Shown piece after piece: positions 16,516-25,676 of a stretch of 36,970 bases of DNA. Location: the NCBI GenBank assembly GCA_016935155.1, contig JAFGRQ010000017.1, positions 1 to 36,970 on the forward strand, read 5' to 3'. The translations under genes were made by a program, and so were the position numbers. Positions within the stretch are counted from its first letter, which is position 1. Every line of letters begins with the position of its first letter. The notes beneath the pieces were generated by a model, which was given only the letters and a program-made list of their open reading frames with translations, ran no database searches and was not told the DNA's origin. The DNA is from Candidatus Woesearchaeota archaeon. GTDB taxonomy: Archaea; Nanobdellota; Nanobdellia; Woesearchaeales; UBA10107.

Positions 16516-17826
16516 TTACATAGCCTTTTTAATTAAATCGATGCACATTCCTGCTGCTACTGTTGCACCGGAATCTCTGATTGCGAATCTCGCAAGCTGA
16601 GGTATTTCCTTCTGCTTTTCGATGCATAATGGCTGCATTGGTTTGCATTTTATAATCGCCGCGTCACCATTTTTGATGAAGTCGGGATGTTCTGCCAGTA
16701 CTTCTCCAGTCATTGGATTTAGTTTTTTAACCAGTTCTGTAATTTGGCATGCAACCTGTGCTGTGTGAATGTGGAATACTGGTGTGTATCCAACAGTAAT
16801 TACAGATGAATGGTTCAATACAACAATCTGCGCTGTGAATTCTGTTGCAACAGTAGGGATATTGCTTGAGTGACCAAGAACATCTCCCCTTGCAGCGTCC
16901 TTCTTTTCAACTCCTCTGACTACGAAGCCAATGTTATCACCAGGTTCTGCGCTTTGAAGCGCTTCATGGTGCATTTCGATTGACTTTACTTCTCCAGAAA
17001 CTCCTTTTCCTTCTCTTCCTGGAACGATAGTAACTTTGTCATTTACCTTAATCACTCCTGTTTCGACCTTTCCAACCGGAACGGTTCCGATTCCTGCAAT
17101 TTTGTAAACATCCTGCAAAGGAAGTCTCAATGGAAGGTCTGTTGGTTTCTGAGGTTCTTTCAGGTTGTTCATTGCTTCGAGCAATGTTGGTCCTGTGTAC
17201 CATGACATGTTTGTAGATTTCTTTGCAACATTATCTCCTTTCAATGAGGCAATCGGTATGAACGGAACGTCTTCAATTTTCCATCCAGATGCTTTCAGCA
17301 AAGCTGATACAGCTGTTTTTACTCCTTCGAATCTTTCTTTGTTGTATCCCTGCATGTCCATTTTGTTGACAGCAACGATTAATTGTCCAACGCCAAGGAT
17401 TTTTGTCAGTCTTGCGTGTTCTACTGTTTGAGGAGGAAGTTCTGTGACTGATTCTGTTCCCTTGATTTCGTTCGCACCGCATACAAGAACTGCAACATCA
17501 GCTTGTGCTGCTCCTGTAATCATGTTTTTAACGAAGTCTTTGTGGCCAGGCGCATCAATTATTGTGAAATAATATTTGTCAGTTTCAAATCTCTGGTGAG
17601 ACAAGTCGATTGTAATTCCTCTTTCCTGCTCTTCTTTCAGAGTATCCATTACGTAAGCAAATTCGAAGCCTACTTTTCCAAGCTCCTTTGCTTTTTCTTG
17701 AAGTTTTCTCATTGCCTGTTCGTCTACATTTCCTGAATCATACAATAGTCTTCCGACTGTCGTAGATTTTCCGTGGTCGATGTGACCCACGAATACAATA
17801 TTTACGTGTGGTTTTGCCTTAGCCAT
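16516..17826 (-). CDS. tuf: Translation elongation factor aEF-1A (EF-1alpha)
   Basis: 'GHIDHGKST', 'ERGITID', '[15 protein letters not shown]', 'NKMD', 'RFAIRD'; SD GGAGGAA upstream. Confidence 0.98.
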   Translation of the reverse strand: MAKAKPHVNIVFVGHIDHGKSTTVGRLLYDSGNVDEQAMRKLQEKAKELGKVGFEFAYVMDTLKEEQERGITIDLSHQRFETDKYYFTIIDAPGHKDFVKNMITGAAQADVAVLVCGANEIKGTESVTELPPQTVEHARLTKILGVGQLIVAVNKMDMQGYNKERFEGVKTAVSALLKASGWKIEDVPFIPIASLKGDNVAKKSTNMSWYTGPTLLEAMNNLKEPQKPTDLPLRLPLQDVYKIAGIGTVPVGKVETGVIKVNDKVTIVPGREGKGVSGEVKSIEMHHEALQSAEPGDNIGFVVRGVEKKDAARGDVLGHSSNIPTVATEFTAQIVVLNHSSVITVGYTPVFHIHTAQVACQITELVKKLNPMTGEVLAEHPDFIKNGDAAIIKCKPMQPLCIEKQKEIPQLARFAIRDSGATVAAGMCIDLIKKAM

Positions 17827-17959
17827 TTTTATAATTCCTCCCTATGAATAGGATAATTTTGGGTTTTGATGTTGCTATTTAAAGCTTTCGCTTAAATGAG
17901 TTCTCTATCCCCCTTAGACTATAGAATTTAAGGGGCTTTATAAAGGTTTCTGTGTAGAA

Positions 17960-18628
17960 TTAGTTGTGCAAGTTCTCATTCATCCTGTCCATTAGAAATT
18001 TTTCAGCTTTTTCGACTTCACTTCCGCCAACCAGGAATTCAAGAGTCTCTCCTTTTTCGAACGTTGGATTGTTGAACTGCAAATCACAGTAAGGAACAAT
18101 GTTTCCGTTTTCTCTCAGATAAAAGTCAGGGATTATGTTTTTTCCATTCACGAAGACATTGCAGTAAAATCCTTTCAATGCTTCAACTAAAGAATTTATT
18201 TGTTCTGTGTTATCAACATTTACCTTGTGTTTGTGGAATATTCCTTTCGCAGTTTTTTCTCTCCGCAAATACCAGTTTTCAACCCATTTATTTCCTTTTT
18301 CAGATTCTCTCCATTCGCACAAAATGTTGTTTATTTCATCTTTCTCATGGGAATAGTTAGTATCAATTCTCTTTTTCATTTCATGGAGATTTCTGTCAGA
18401 CTCACAGGCATATTTTGTGCCTTTTAGACCTTCACGAATCAATTCAAAATTTCTTTGTAAATGCAATCCCGTATCCCATTCTTCTTTGTGTACAGATACT
18501 GCTTCTCTTGTTGTAATTGGTTTGCTTTCTATTCCGTGGTAGAATTTATGTGTAAGTGCAGCTTCCAACTCGTAAGGTTTGACAATTGCGATTTCAGAAC
18601 TATTGTTGGTCTGGGTTTCGAGCGCCAT
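17960..18628 (-). CDS. Hypothetical protein
   Basis: Long ORF; ATG 18628 (MALETQ) fits a TATA-like element at about 18651-18660. Confidence 0.65.
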   Translation of the reverse strand: MALETQTNNSSEIAIVKPYELEAALTHKFYHGIESKPITTREAVSVHKEEWDTGLHLQRNFELIREGLKGTKYACESDRNLHEMKKRIDTNYSHEKDEINNILCEWRESEKGNKWVENWYLRREKTAKGIFHKHKVNVDNTEQINSLVEALKGFYCNVFVNGKNIIPDFYLRENGNIVPYCDLQFNNPTFEKGETLEFLVGGSEVEKAEKFLMDRMNENLHN

Positions 18629-18685
18629 TTTGGATTTTCTCAAGTGAAACTATTATTTAAAGAATGATATATATTTTATATAAAT

Positions 18686-19063
18686 TTACTGTATGTTCTC
18701 ACTTGCGGCAACGAGTTCTTCCAGCTTTTCTTCTGCATCTTCTGGTTCAACCGCCTCAAGAGCCGTTTTTTCAAGATTGCCCTCTTTGAAGGAATTCAAC
18801 TCTTCTTTTTTCAAATATAGTTCTTTGCATTCTGTGTGAGGATCTCTTGGGACAACATTGTAACTCAAATCTGCTCTGCAATCGACACAAGCACCCTGGG
18901 TTATTTCAGATATTCTTTTTGGAACGAGTTCTTCACAGCAGTAACAAGGAATGGTGTCTTTTTTTTCATCGGGACTCAACTCTCTGCATCTTTTTGTTAC
19001 AACATCTAGAAATCTTATGTATTCCATTCCGTGCCAGATTATTTCTTTCATATTTTCTTTCAT
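18686..19063 (-). CDS. Hypothetical protein with putative Zn finger (CxxC...CxxC)
   Basis: 'CYCCEELVPKR.......CVDCR'; TATA ttatataa at about 19091. Confidence 0.6.
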   Translation of the reverse strand: MKENMKEIIWHGMEYIRFLDVVTKRCRELSPDEKKDTIPCYCCEELVPKRISEITQGACVDCRADLSYNVVPRDPHTECKELYLKKEELNSFKEGNLEKTALEAVEPEDAEEKLEELVAASENIQ

Positions 19064-19145
19064 ATCAAAAACTCGGGATATCCAAGTCCTTTATATAACT
19101 TCTCTTTAGTTATTTTTATAAACGGCGGGTGAGGAGATTCTCACC

Positions 19146-19355
19146 ATGAGAAGGTCATGGATGATAATGGGGGGAACTGCTGTTGCAGCCGGATTAACGA
19201 TGATTCTGGCCCTTGTTTTTGCTGTTGTTGCAATCCCGATTTTGATTGTTGGAGGGATTCTTATGTTTTTAATCGGTTTGCTCATTCCGGAGAACGGCGC
19301 CTACTACTTCACGTACGATATCAAAAAGAAAAGAATGGTCAAGAAAAGAGCATAA
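19146..19355 (+). CDS. Small membrane protein
   Basis: 69 aa with a long hydrophobic hairpin; TATA tttataaa about 25 nt upstream. Confidence 0.6.
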   Translation: MRRSWMIMGGTAVAAGLTMILALVFAVVAIPILIVGGILMFLIGLLIPENGAYYFTYDIKKKRMVKKRA

Positions 19356-19401
19356 TGTTTAAATACTAAAAGGGTATTTTGCTAATCAAGGGGTGCTTAA
19401 C

Positions 19402-19962
19402 ATGGGTAAATTTATAGATAACTGGGAGCCGCCAAGGCTCGAAGAAAGGCAAAATTCTTTCGGATGGCTGTGGTTAATATTTTTGTTCGTTGCAATTGGG
19501 TTGGTCGTTTTGTTTTTAATGCAGCAGAAAACAGGGAGTCAAGCTCCTTCGCAGACTGTGCAGGAAACAAGTGCGCCTTCAGCATCTGAATCTTCAACGC
19601 CAGGCGCATCATCTGCGCAGCCTAATGTTGCAGCATCTTCTGCACCTGAAATAGACCGGTCTTGCACAGCAGTTGCAGGAATTGTTCCAGGAACGACAGT
19701 CAGAGACGGAAATGTAATTACTGTTTCATTCAAAAACAACGGAAAAGTAGGAATTGAAGGTTCATATTTTGAATTTTCCTCTGGAGAAAAAAAGATTTAC
19801 AAGATGAACTCTGAAGCGGTTGCGATTGGCGGATTGGTAACGTACACGGTTGATTTAGATGACGCAGCAGGAGAACTTGGTTCGGAAGTCAAGTCATTTG
19901 TTATACTTCCAATCCAAAACGGAAAAGCTTGTTTGAATCAAAGAATGGTTGTGATTAAGTAA
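19402..19962 (+). CDS. Single-pass membrane protein with Ser/Pro/Ala linker and extracellular beta domain
   Basis: TM 'WLWLIFLFVAIGLVVLFLM', low-complexity linker, Cys pair; ATG 19402 fits the TATA tttaaata at about 19358-19365 less tightly than usual. Confidence 0.7.
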   Translation: MGKFIDNWEPPRLEERQNSFGWLWLIFLFVAIGLVVLFLMQQKTGSQAPSQTVQETSAPSASESSTPGASSAQPNVAASSAPEIDRSCTAVAGIVPGTTVRDGNVITVSFKNNGKVGIEGSYFEFSSGEKKIYKMNSEAVAIGGLVTYTVDLDDAAGELGSEVKSFVILPIQNGKACLNQRMVVIK

Positions 19963-19967
19963 TCACA

Positions 19968-20315
19968 TCATTTTTTCCATTTTTCTATTCTTTTTTTGCA
20001 TTCTTTGCATCTTTTTTTCAAATCTCCGATTGAAATGTTAATATTAACTTTTGCATTCCTGTGTTCTTTCGGCAGATAAGAAAAATCGGGAGCTTTTAGT
20101 TTTGAATTGTGTGAATAACCTCTTCTTAACATTTCTTTTACCAATTGATTGTGTCTTTTTTCATAGCTCTTCGGTTCAATCTGAACTTTTGGGGAGATTC
20201 TTCCATGAACTTTGATTTTCTTTTTGAAAGAAGGAATAAATTTATGCAATTCTCCGTGCTCGCCAAGAAGATGTTTTCTGCACAATAGTTTTGGGTCAAT
20301 CATCCACATTCTCAT
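19968..20315 (-). CDS. Pyrimidine-dimer DNA glycosylase / T4 endonuclease V-like protein
   Basis: 'MRMWMIDPKLLCRKHLLGEHGELH' and 'RH..LVKEMLRRGY.H' match the family pattern; ATG 20315 overlaps the upstream stop. Confidence 0.82.
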   Translation of the reverse strand: MRMWMIDPKLLCRKHLLGEHGELHKFIPSFKKKIKVHGRISPKVQIEPKSYEKRHNQLVKEMLRRGYSHNSKLKAPDFSYLPKEHRNAKVNINISIGDLKKRCKECKKRIEKWKK

Positions 20316-20710
20316 TTTTTTGAGCATTCCTGAATCGAAACGACTTCGCAGTACTTGGTATTTGGTTCATACCGCAATATAACATTAACATTAGGTAGTT
20401 TGAACTGAAAATCTTCGAATTCCGAACATAATTCGTCAAGAACTGAAGGATTTGTTTCTCTGTTTATATGAGCAATTATTTTTCCTGTTTTGTCATTAAT
20501 GTTTAAACAATCTCCGTAATTATCTTCATGCGTTGCAGAAACATTTTTTAATCCAACCCACGCGAAACCACTCTCGACAGAATACCATGGGTTTGTTTTA
20601 AGGCTTGCTGCATTATCTACGAGGTCTTTTATAGATTCGGCGATATATTGCTGAGGAAGAAAAATTTTTGATAATATTCCTTTGATGCCTTTTTTTTGTA
20701 ATAATTGCAT
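20312..20710 (-). CDS. Hypothetical protein
   Basis: 132 aa ORF; TATA tatataaa about 22-30 nt upstream; coupled to the glycosylase gene. Confidence 0.6.
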   Translation of the reverse strand: MQLLQKKGIKGILSKIFLPQQYIAESIKDLVDNAASLKTNPWYSVESGFAWVGLKNVSATHEDNYGDCLNINDKTGKIIAHINRETNPSVLDELCSEFEDFQFKLPNVNVILRYEPNTKYCEVVSIQECSKK

Positions 20711-20779
20711 AGTTAGATTTGTTTTTTCTAATATATAAATACATAGGATGAAAACTAAATAAAAAATAAACGGTTATCG

Positions 20780-22996
20780 CTAACCGCCTGCATGAGATTT
20801 TGCAACACCCATTTCATCAACAGACAGTTTCTTTCTCTCTCTAATCTGTCCAACCACTTTGCCCTGCAACTCTGGATTCATTCTTTTGAAAGTCTGGTCA
20901 GCCATGGATTGAACGCCGCGTCCATTTGTTGCAGACCTTAAATCATTTGATAGTCCAAATGTTTCTGCAACAGGTATTTCTCCGCGAACTGTGACAAAAG
21001 ATTCTTCTTCAGTTATGACATCAATTAAAATTCCTCTTTTCTGAGTAACTAATTTAGTTAATTCTCCCATGTATTCAATAGGTGCTTCAAACAATAACGT
21101 CTGAACTGGTTCAAACATAACTGGTTTGGCCTGTATCATTGCGCCTCTGATTGCTTCTCTCACAGCAGGAAGAACTTGCGCCGGTCCTCTGTGAATAGCA
21201 TCTTCGTGCATGTTGATGTCAGTTAATCTGACAACCATGTTGACACATTTTTCTCTCGCTAAAGGACCATAAGACATGACATCTTCAAATCCATCAATTA
21301 TTAATTCAAGAATTTCCTCGATTCCAACAATACCTCTTGTTTGGTCTAAAAATATATTCCCTTCATAAATGTCTTTAACCTGTCTTGATTCTTTGTTGTC
21401 AAATCCTGCATTTTCCAAAGCTTCCCATAATTTCTGGTCTTTTTTCTTAATTCTGCCGTTTGGAATGAAGCCGTCTGCAATCGCCTTTGACATTGTTTCT
21501 GACATTTGCTCAACCTTAATGTAGATTTTGTTGTGCTTGTTTGGAGATTTTCCTTCAACTTCCGGAGATTCACCGGCAACTGATTCTCTGTAAACAACAA
21601 TTGGAGGAGAGCCAAGGACATCAACATTTTTTTCTGTCTTGATTCTGTTTTCAACGATTTCTAGGTGCAGTTCTCCCATGCCGCTCAGCAAGTGCTCTCC
21701 TGTTTCTTCGTGAATTTCAACTTTGATTGAAGGATCTTCTTTTACAACCTGTCTTAAAACTTCAACTAGCTTAGGCAAATCTGCAGGATTTTTTGCTTTG
21801 ATTGCTTTTGTAACAACCGGCTCGAAAATATGCTTCATTTCTTCAAAAGCAACATCTGGTTCGAGAGAAAGTGTATCTCCCGCTCTTGTTCTAACTCCCA
21901 TTATTGCAACAATGTTTCCGCAGGGCATTGCCTCGATCATTTCCGGCCTTACTCCTTTGTAAACATAAAGATTCTGAATTTTTTGTTTTGAATTATCACC
22001 CGAGATGCAAACTTCCTGTCCTGACCTTATCGTTCCTGAATACAGTCTTCCTGCTGCAACTTCTCTGTTGCTTCTCTGGTCAATTAAAATTCTTGTAACA
22101 ACAAAAGTAAGTTTTCCGTCTGGATTGCATGACAATAAATCTTTTCCTAATTCGGAGTCAATATCTCCTCTCCATATTTTTGGAATTCTGTAAGCCTGAG
22201 CTTGTTTAGGGTCAGGAAGGTGCTTGATAACCATATCTAAAAGAACTTCATATAATGGAGCCTTGTCCCAAACCCATTTTTTCCTTACATCTTCGTCTAA
22301 ATTGTAAATATTTAAAATATCTTTGAATGAAACCCCTTTTTTTTTCATGAACGGAACAGACATAGCCCAGTTGTCTCTTGCAGAACCAAACGCAACAGAA
22401 CCGTCTGCAATATCTACTTTCCATTTCTCCCTGAATTCGGGTTCTGCTATTTGTCCAACTAATTTATTGAATTTGAGAACAATTTCAGCGAATCTTTTCT
22501 GCATTTGCTCGGGAGTGAACATCATTTCTTTGATTAATCTGTCACATTTATTGATGAAAAGAACAGGTTTAACTCTTTCTCTAAGTGCCTGTTTCAAAAC
22601 AGTTTCTGTCTGAGGCATTATTCCTTCAGAAGCGCAGACGAGAACAACAGTTCCGTCAACAGCCCTCATTGCTCTTGTAACATTTCCTCCAAAATCAACG
22701 TGACCAGGAGTATCAATGAGATTGATAAGGAAATCTTCTCCATTAAATGTGTGAGCCATGGAAACGTTTGCTGAATCAACAGTAAGAAGTCTTTCCTGCT
22801 CGTCTTTGTGCTGCCATGTTGCCATCCCCTCTTCCAAATCTCCTGCTGCTTTTTCAGACATTAAACCAGCCGCTGCGAGAAGATTATCTGTCAAAGCTGT
22901 TTTGCCATGGTGAATGTGAGCAGAAGTAGCTATGTTTCTAATGTGAGTTTGATTTGATGCAATTCTCAGCATTTTTGCCAGTTTTTCATCTGCCAT
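20780..22996 (-). CDS. fusA: Translation elongation factor aEF-2
   Basis: 'NLIDTPGHVDFGG.VTRAMRAVDG', 'NKCD', 'SGMGELHLE', 'SPNKHN', diphthamide loop 'HEDAIHRGPAQV'. Confidence 0.98.
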   Translation of the reverse strand: MADEKLAKMLRIASNQTHIRNIATSAHIHHGKTALTDNLLAAAGLMSEKAAGDLEEGMATWQHKDEQERLLTVDSANVSMAHTFNGEDFLINLIDTPGHVDFGGNVTRAMRAVDGTVVLVCASEGIMPQTETVLKQALRERVKPVLFINKCDRLIKEMMFTPEQMQKRFAEIVLKFNKLVGQIAEPEFREKWKVDIADGSVAFGSARDNWAMSVPFMKKKGVSFKDILNIYNLDEDVRKKWVWDKAPLYEVLLDMVIKHLPDPKQAQAYRIPKIWRGDIDSELGKDLLSCNPDGKLTFVVTRILIDQRSNREVAAGRLYSGTIRSGQEVCISGDNSKQKIQNLYVYKGVRPEMIEAMPCGNIVAIMGVRTRAGDTLSLEPDVAFEEMKHIFEPVVTKAIKAKNPADLPKLVEVLRQVVKEDPSIKVEIHEETGEHLLSGMGELHLEIVENRIKTEKNVDVLGSPPIVVYRESVAGESPEVEGKSPNKHNKIYIKVEQMSETMSKAIADGFIPNGRIKKKDQKLWEALENAGFDNKESRQVKDIYEGNIFLDQTRGIVGIEEILELIIDGFEDVMSYGPLAREKCVNMVVRLTDINMHEDAIHRGPAQVLPAVREAIRGAMIQAKPVMFEPVQTLLFEAPIEYMGELTKLVTQKRGILIDVITEEESFVTVRGEIPVAETFGLSNDLRSATNGRGVQSMADQTFKRMNPELQGKVVGQIRERKKLSVDEMGVAKSHAGG

Positions 22997-23007
22997 TTTT
23001 AATTACC

Positions 23008-23526
23008 TCATTTCCAATATGAATATTCAACTGTTTCTTGTTTTGTTTCGTTTGGATAAATTTTGCTCACCAATTCATCCGGTTTAAACCAAAGCTTGAT
23101 TTCACGTTCTGCTTGTTCCCCATCTTCTGAAGCATGCATCACGTTTTCGAATACACCGCTATCGGAATGTATTCTTCCGTATTTTCCTCTTATTGTTGTA
23201 GGTTCTGCTTTTTCAGGATTTGTTGCTCCTGCAAGTTCCCTTATCTTTGCTATCGCATCTTCTCCCTCATACACCATTACGAGAACCCTATTTGTATGAT
23301 AGTGCCCCATGATATATTTTAGAGTTGCTTCGAAAATAGCTTCTCCTTTAGCTTCTTTTAGTTTATGATAATGTCTTTCTGCAAGTTCTCTTGAAACACT
23401 AACTATTTTTGCACCGACTATCGTTAATTTAGTCTCTGCAAGTTTTGAAATAATGTCTCCAGTTAGAGATTTAACCAAACCATCTGGTTTGATTATGACT
23501 AAACATTGTTCAACTTTTTCTGTCAT
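23008..23526 (-). CDS. ndk: Nucleoside diphosphate kinase
   Basis: 'IIKPDG', 'GATNP..AEPTTIRG', catalytic 'NVMHAS', 'AEREI.LWF'. Confidence 0.96.
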   Translation of the reverse strand: MTEKVEQCLVIIKPDGLVKSLTGDIISKLAETKLTIVGAKIVSVSRELAERHYHKLKEAKGEAIFEATLKYIMGHYHTNRVLVMVYEGEDAIAKIRELAGATNPEKAEPTTIRGKYGRIHSDSGVFENVMHASEDGEQAEREIKLWFKPDELVSKIYPNETKQETVEYSYWK

Positions 23527-23527
23527 T

Positions 23528-23815
23528 TTATTTAGTTTTTTTAGGAGATTCTTTTTTTACTTCTTTCTTTGTCTCTTTGACTTCTGTTTTTACTTTCTTC
23601 GAAACTTGATTTCCTTCCTTCAGCAATCCCAATCTAACTTGCTTCGCATTTTTGTATTCGACAGTCCAGGGAGTTTCTCTCGCGACTCTTTTTAATTTAA
23701 GCAGGTTCTTTTCGCATTTTCTGCTGCAAAAATTAATTGTCTTTCCATCTTTCATGAAAAGAGTTTTCCCTGTTCCTTTTTCAATTTCAGAACCGCAGAA
23801 AGAGCATTTGGTCAT
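23528..23815 (-). CDS. rpl24e: 50S ribosomal protein L24e
   Basis: 'CSFCG..IEKGTG......DG....FCS.KC....WT'; Lys-rich tail. Confidence 0.95.
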   Translation of the reverse strand: MTKCSFCGSEIEKGTGKTLFMKDGKTINFCSRKCEKNLLKLKRVARETPWTVEYKNAKQVRLGLLKEGNQVSKKVKTEVKETKKEVKKESPKKTK

Positions 23816-24123
23816 TTTCTTCCGCCGCCCTGGAATAATTTCTGGGCTTCAAATTCTGTTTCTCTGAGCATCAAGATATCTCCGAGCTGAATGGGTCCCC
23901 TGACATTTCTTCTTAAAGTCTTATTTGCATCTCTTCCTTCAAGAACCTTGCATCTTATTTGAGTTACCTCTCCTCTCGTTCCTGTTCTTCCTACGATTTC
24001 CTCAACTCTCGCAGGAACCGCAGGGGAAAATGAAACTCCTGATGTCTGCTTCTGCTCGGGCTGCTGTTTTCCTTTGAACTCGTTCATAACGAGTTCTTTT
24101 TTTTGTGGCTTATCGCTTCCCAT
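23812..24123 (-). CDS. rps28e: 30S ribosomal protein S28e with N-terminal extension
   Basis: 'PARV.EIVGRTG.RGEVTQ.RC..LEG......RNVRGP...GDILML.ETE.EA'. Confidence 0.95.
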   Translation of the reverse strand: MGSDKPQKKELVMNEFKGKQQPEQKQTSGVSFSPAVPARVEEIVGRTGTRGEVTQIRCKVLEGRDANKTLRRNVRGPIQLGDILMLRETEFEAQKLFQGGGRK

Positions 24124-24167
24124 TTTTAAACTCCATTTAAAACTTGAAAATTTTTAATTTTCATTGT

Positions 24168-24488
24168 TTACTCTTTGGCAATTTGTGTGATTATTTTCTT
24201 TGATTCGCCTTCTTGAACAATCGCAACGCTTGATGTTGGAAGTGCAAGTCCTGCGGCTGTTCCGAGTTCTTCTCTCGAATCAACTTCAACGCAAGGAACT
24301 CCTTTTTCTTTTGCAAGAATAGGCAAGTGCATTATGATTTCAGCTGGCTGTGTATCTTTTGCATAAACAACAAGCTTTGCATTTCCCTTTTCCAAGGCTT
24401 TTGTGACTTCGTTTGTTCCTTTTTTTATTTTTCCTGAATTCTTAGCTACTTCGATTGCTTGTAATGCTAGGTCTTTTTTGTCGCTCAT
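24168..24488 (-). CDS. rpl7ae: 50S ribosomal protein L7Ae
   Basis: 'GKIKKGTNEVTKALEKG.AKLV..AKD.QP.EI..HLP.L..EK.VP......ELG.AAGL'. Confidence 0.97.
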   Translation of the reverse strand: MSDKKDLALQAIEVAKNSGKIKKGTNEVTKALEKGNAKLVVYAKDTQPAEIIMHLPILAKEKGVPCVEVDSREELGTAAGLALPTSSVAIVQEGESKKIITQIAKE

Positions 24489-24527
24489 TTTTGCTCCAAC
24501 CTATTGGATTACAAGGACTTAGAATGC

Positions 24528-24563
24528 CCTCGTTCAGCGCCAGTGCGCGTCATAACTCATAGG
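24528..24563 (-). promoter_or_regulatory. Tandem kink-turn in the rpl7ae 5' UTR (L7Ae autoregulatory site)
   Basis: Minus strand CC-UAU-GA-GU-UAU-GA-C-GCGC-ACUG-GCGC-U-GA-AC-GA-GG: two 3-nt bulges, each followed by tandem G.A/A.G pairs; TATA TTTATAAA at 24589-24596 places it at the transcript 5' end. Confidence 0.8.
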
Positions 24564-24641
24564 TATGTTATTTTTGCTTAACTGCTTGTTTATAAAGCTT
24601 ACGATGTTAGATTTAAATAGTTTTAGTCAAATCTTCCTTTC

Positions 24642-24980
24642 ATGACACCGGCAGCAACATTAACAAAAAAGGGATACGATTTGGGGCAGCACAGACTGCG
24701 CATTGTTCACAAAAAAAGAGAAGTAGAATTTCTCGCGAAGTGCACTTATTACTTAGAGGCGTTAGATATCGTCAGGCATTTGATTGAAGTAAATGATTTA
24801 TTGATGGATGAGGGAATTAAGCAAAATGAGAACAAGCTAAAAGAAGAATTAACCATTCTTACAAAGATTGGCAAGGCAATTAAGCAGGAAAAGCCGGCTG
24901 ATTTTGAAAGGTTAAAAAAAGAATATTTTGAATATTTGGAAAAGAATGGTGTTTTTTCAGAGTTAAATAAATATGGATAA
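24642..24980 (+). CDS. Hypothetical helical protein
   Basis: 112 aa; TATA tttaaata at about 24612; overlaps the next gene. Confidence 0.6.
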   Translation: MTPAATLTKKGYDLGQHRLRIVHKKREVEFLAKCTYYLEALDIVRHLIEVNDLLMDEGIKQNENKLKEELTILTKIGKAIKQEKPADFERLKKEYFEYLEKNGVFSELNKYG

Positions 24981-25509
24981 GCATTACGATTTGAAATTAG
25001 AAAAGCACGAATTAGAAGAAGAAACAGAAGAGAAGATTAAACGAAAAAAGATAGCAGCATTTGTTTTCAGTATTTTTCTTGCTTTGTTGATGCTTTCTTT
25101 CATTGTTCCGCATGACGTGCTGATAAGTCTGATTGAAAGTGAAACAATAAACAACAACACAATCGAAAAGGATGATGTAAAATATTATTTCAAACCCGAT
25201 GTGCTTGAAGCTTTGCAGAAATATTATGTTGAACACCAAACAGCAGAGTTCAAGCTTTGTCTCGAAGGATTTGTAAAAGACGGTTCATATTATGTAACGT
25301 CTTTCTACGAGCCAAAAATTTATTTTAACAATCCAATCACTGTTCATTCAGCAATCTGTAATGAATCAACAATTATTGATTTGCATTCTCATCCATTGAG
25401 AAACTGCATTTTTTCGGAGCAGGACATAATGACATACAGAATGATGAATAGAGAAATGGCCGGTGCTGTGATGTGCGACATTGACAGGTTTAATTTTTAT
25501 TCTGGATAA
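24973..25509 (+). CDS. Membrane-anchored JAB/MPN (JAMM) domain protein
   Basis: N-terminal TM 'IAAFVFSIFLALLMLSFIV'; Glu in 'AEFKLCLEG' and exact HxH-x7-S-x2-D motif 'HSHPLRNCIFSEQD'. Confidence 0.75.
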   Translation: MDKHYDLKLEKHELEEETEEKIKRKKIAAFVFSIFLALLMLSFIVPHDVLISLIESETINNNTIEKDDVKYYFKPDVLEALQKYYVEHQTAEFKLCLEGFVKDGSYYVTSFYEPKIYFNNPITVHSAICNESTIIDLHSHPLRNCIFSEQDIMTYRMMNREMAGAVMCDIDRFNFYSG

Positions 25510-25676
25510 TTTGTGTTGTTTAATTATCTGAAAAAGCTACAAAATTTCAGAGAGACTCCGGCAGAACACAGAACACAACCCAGCACTTGATTTTTCAAAA
25601 ATTTTGGTTTTATGGAATATTTAATTAAAATAAAAAAGGAAGAATGGTGTGGGCGCTGAGTTCAAATGGAGAAAAT

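Noticed and set aside
17910-17935. Inverted repeat CCCCTTA/TAAGGGG upstream of tuf
   Set aside because: Could be a terminator or an operator, but it is a single short instance with no further support.
25510-25676. 167-nt gap between convergent genes as a possible ncRNA or small gene
   Set aside because: I found no convincing ORF, tRNA fold or strong hairpin by eye.
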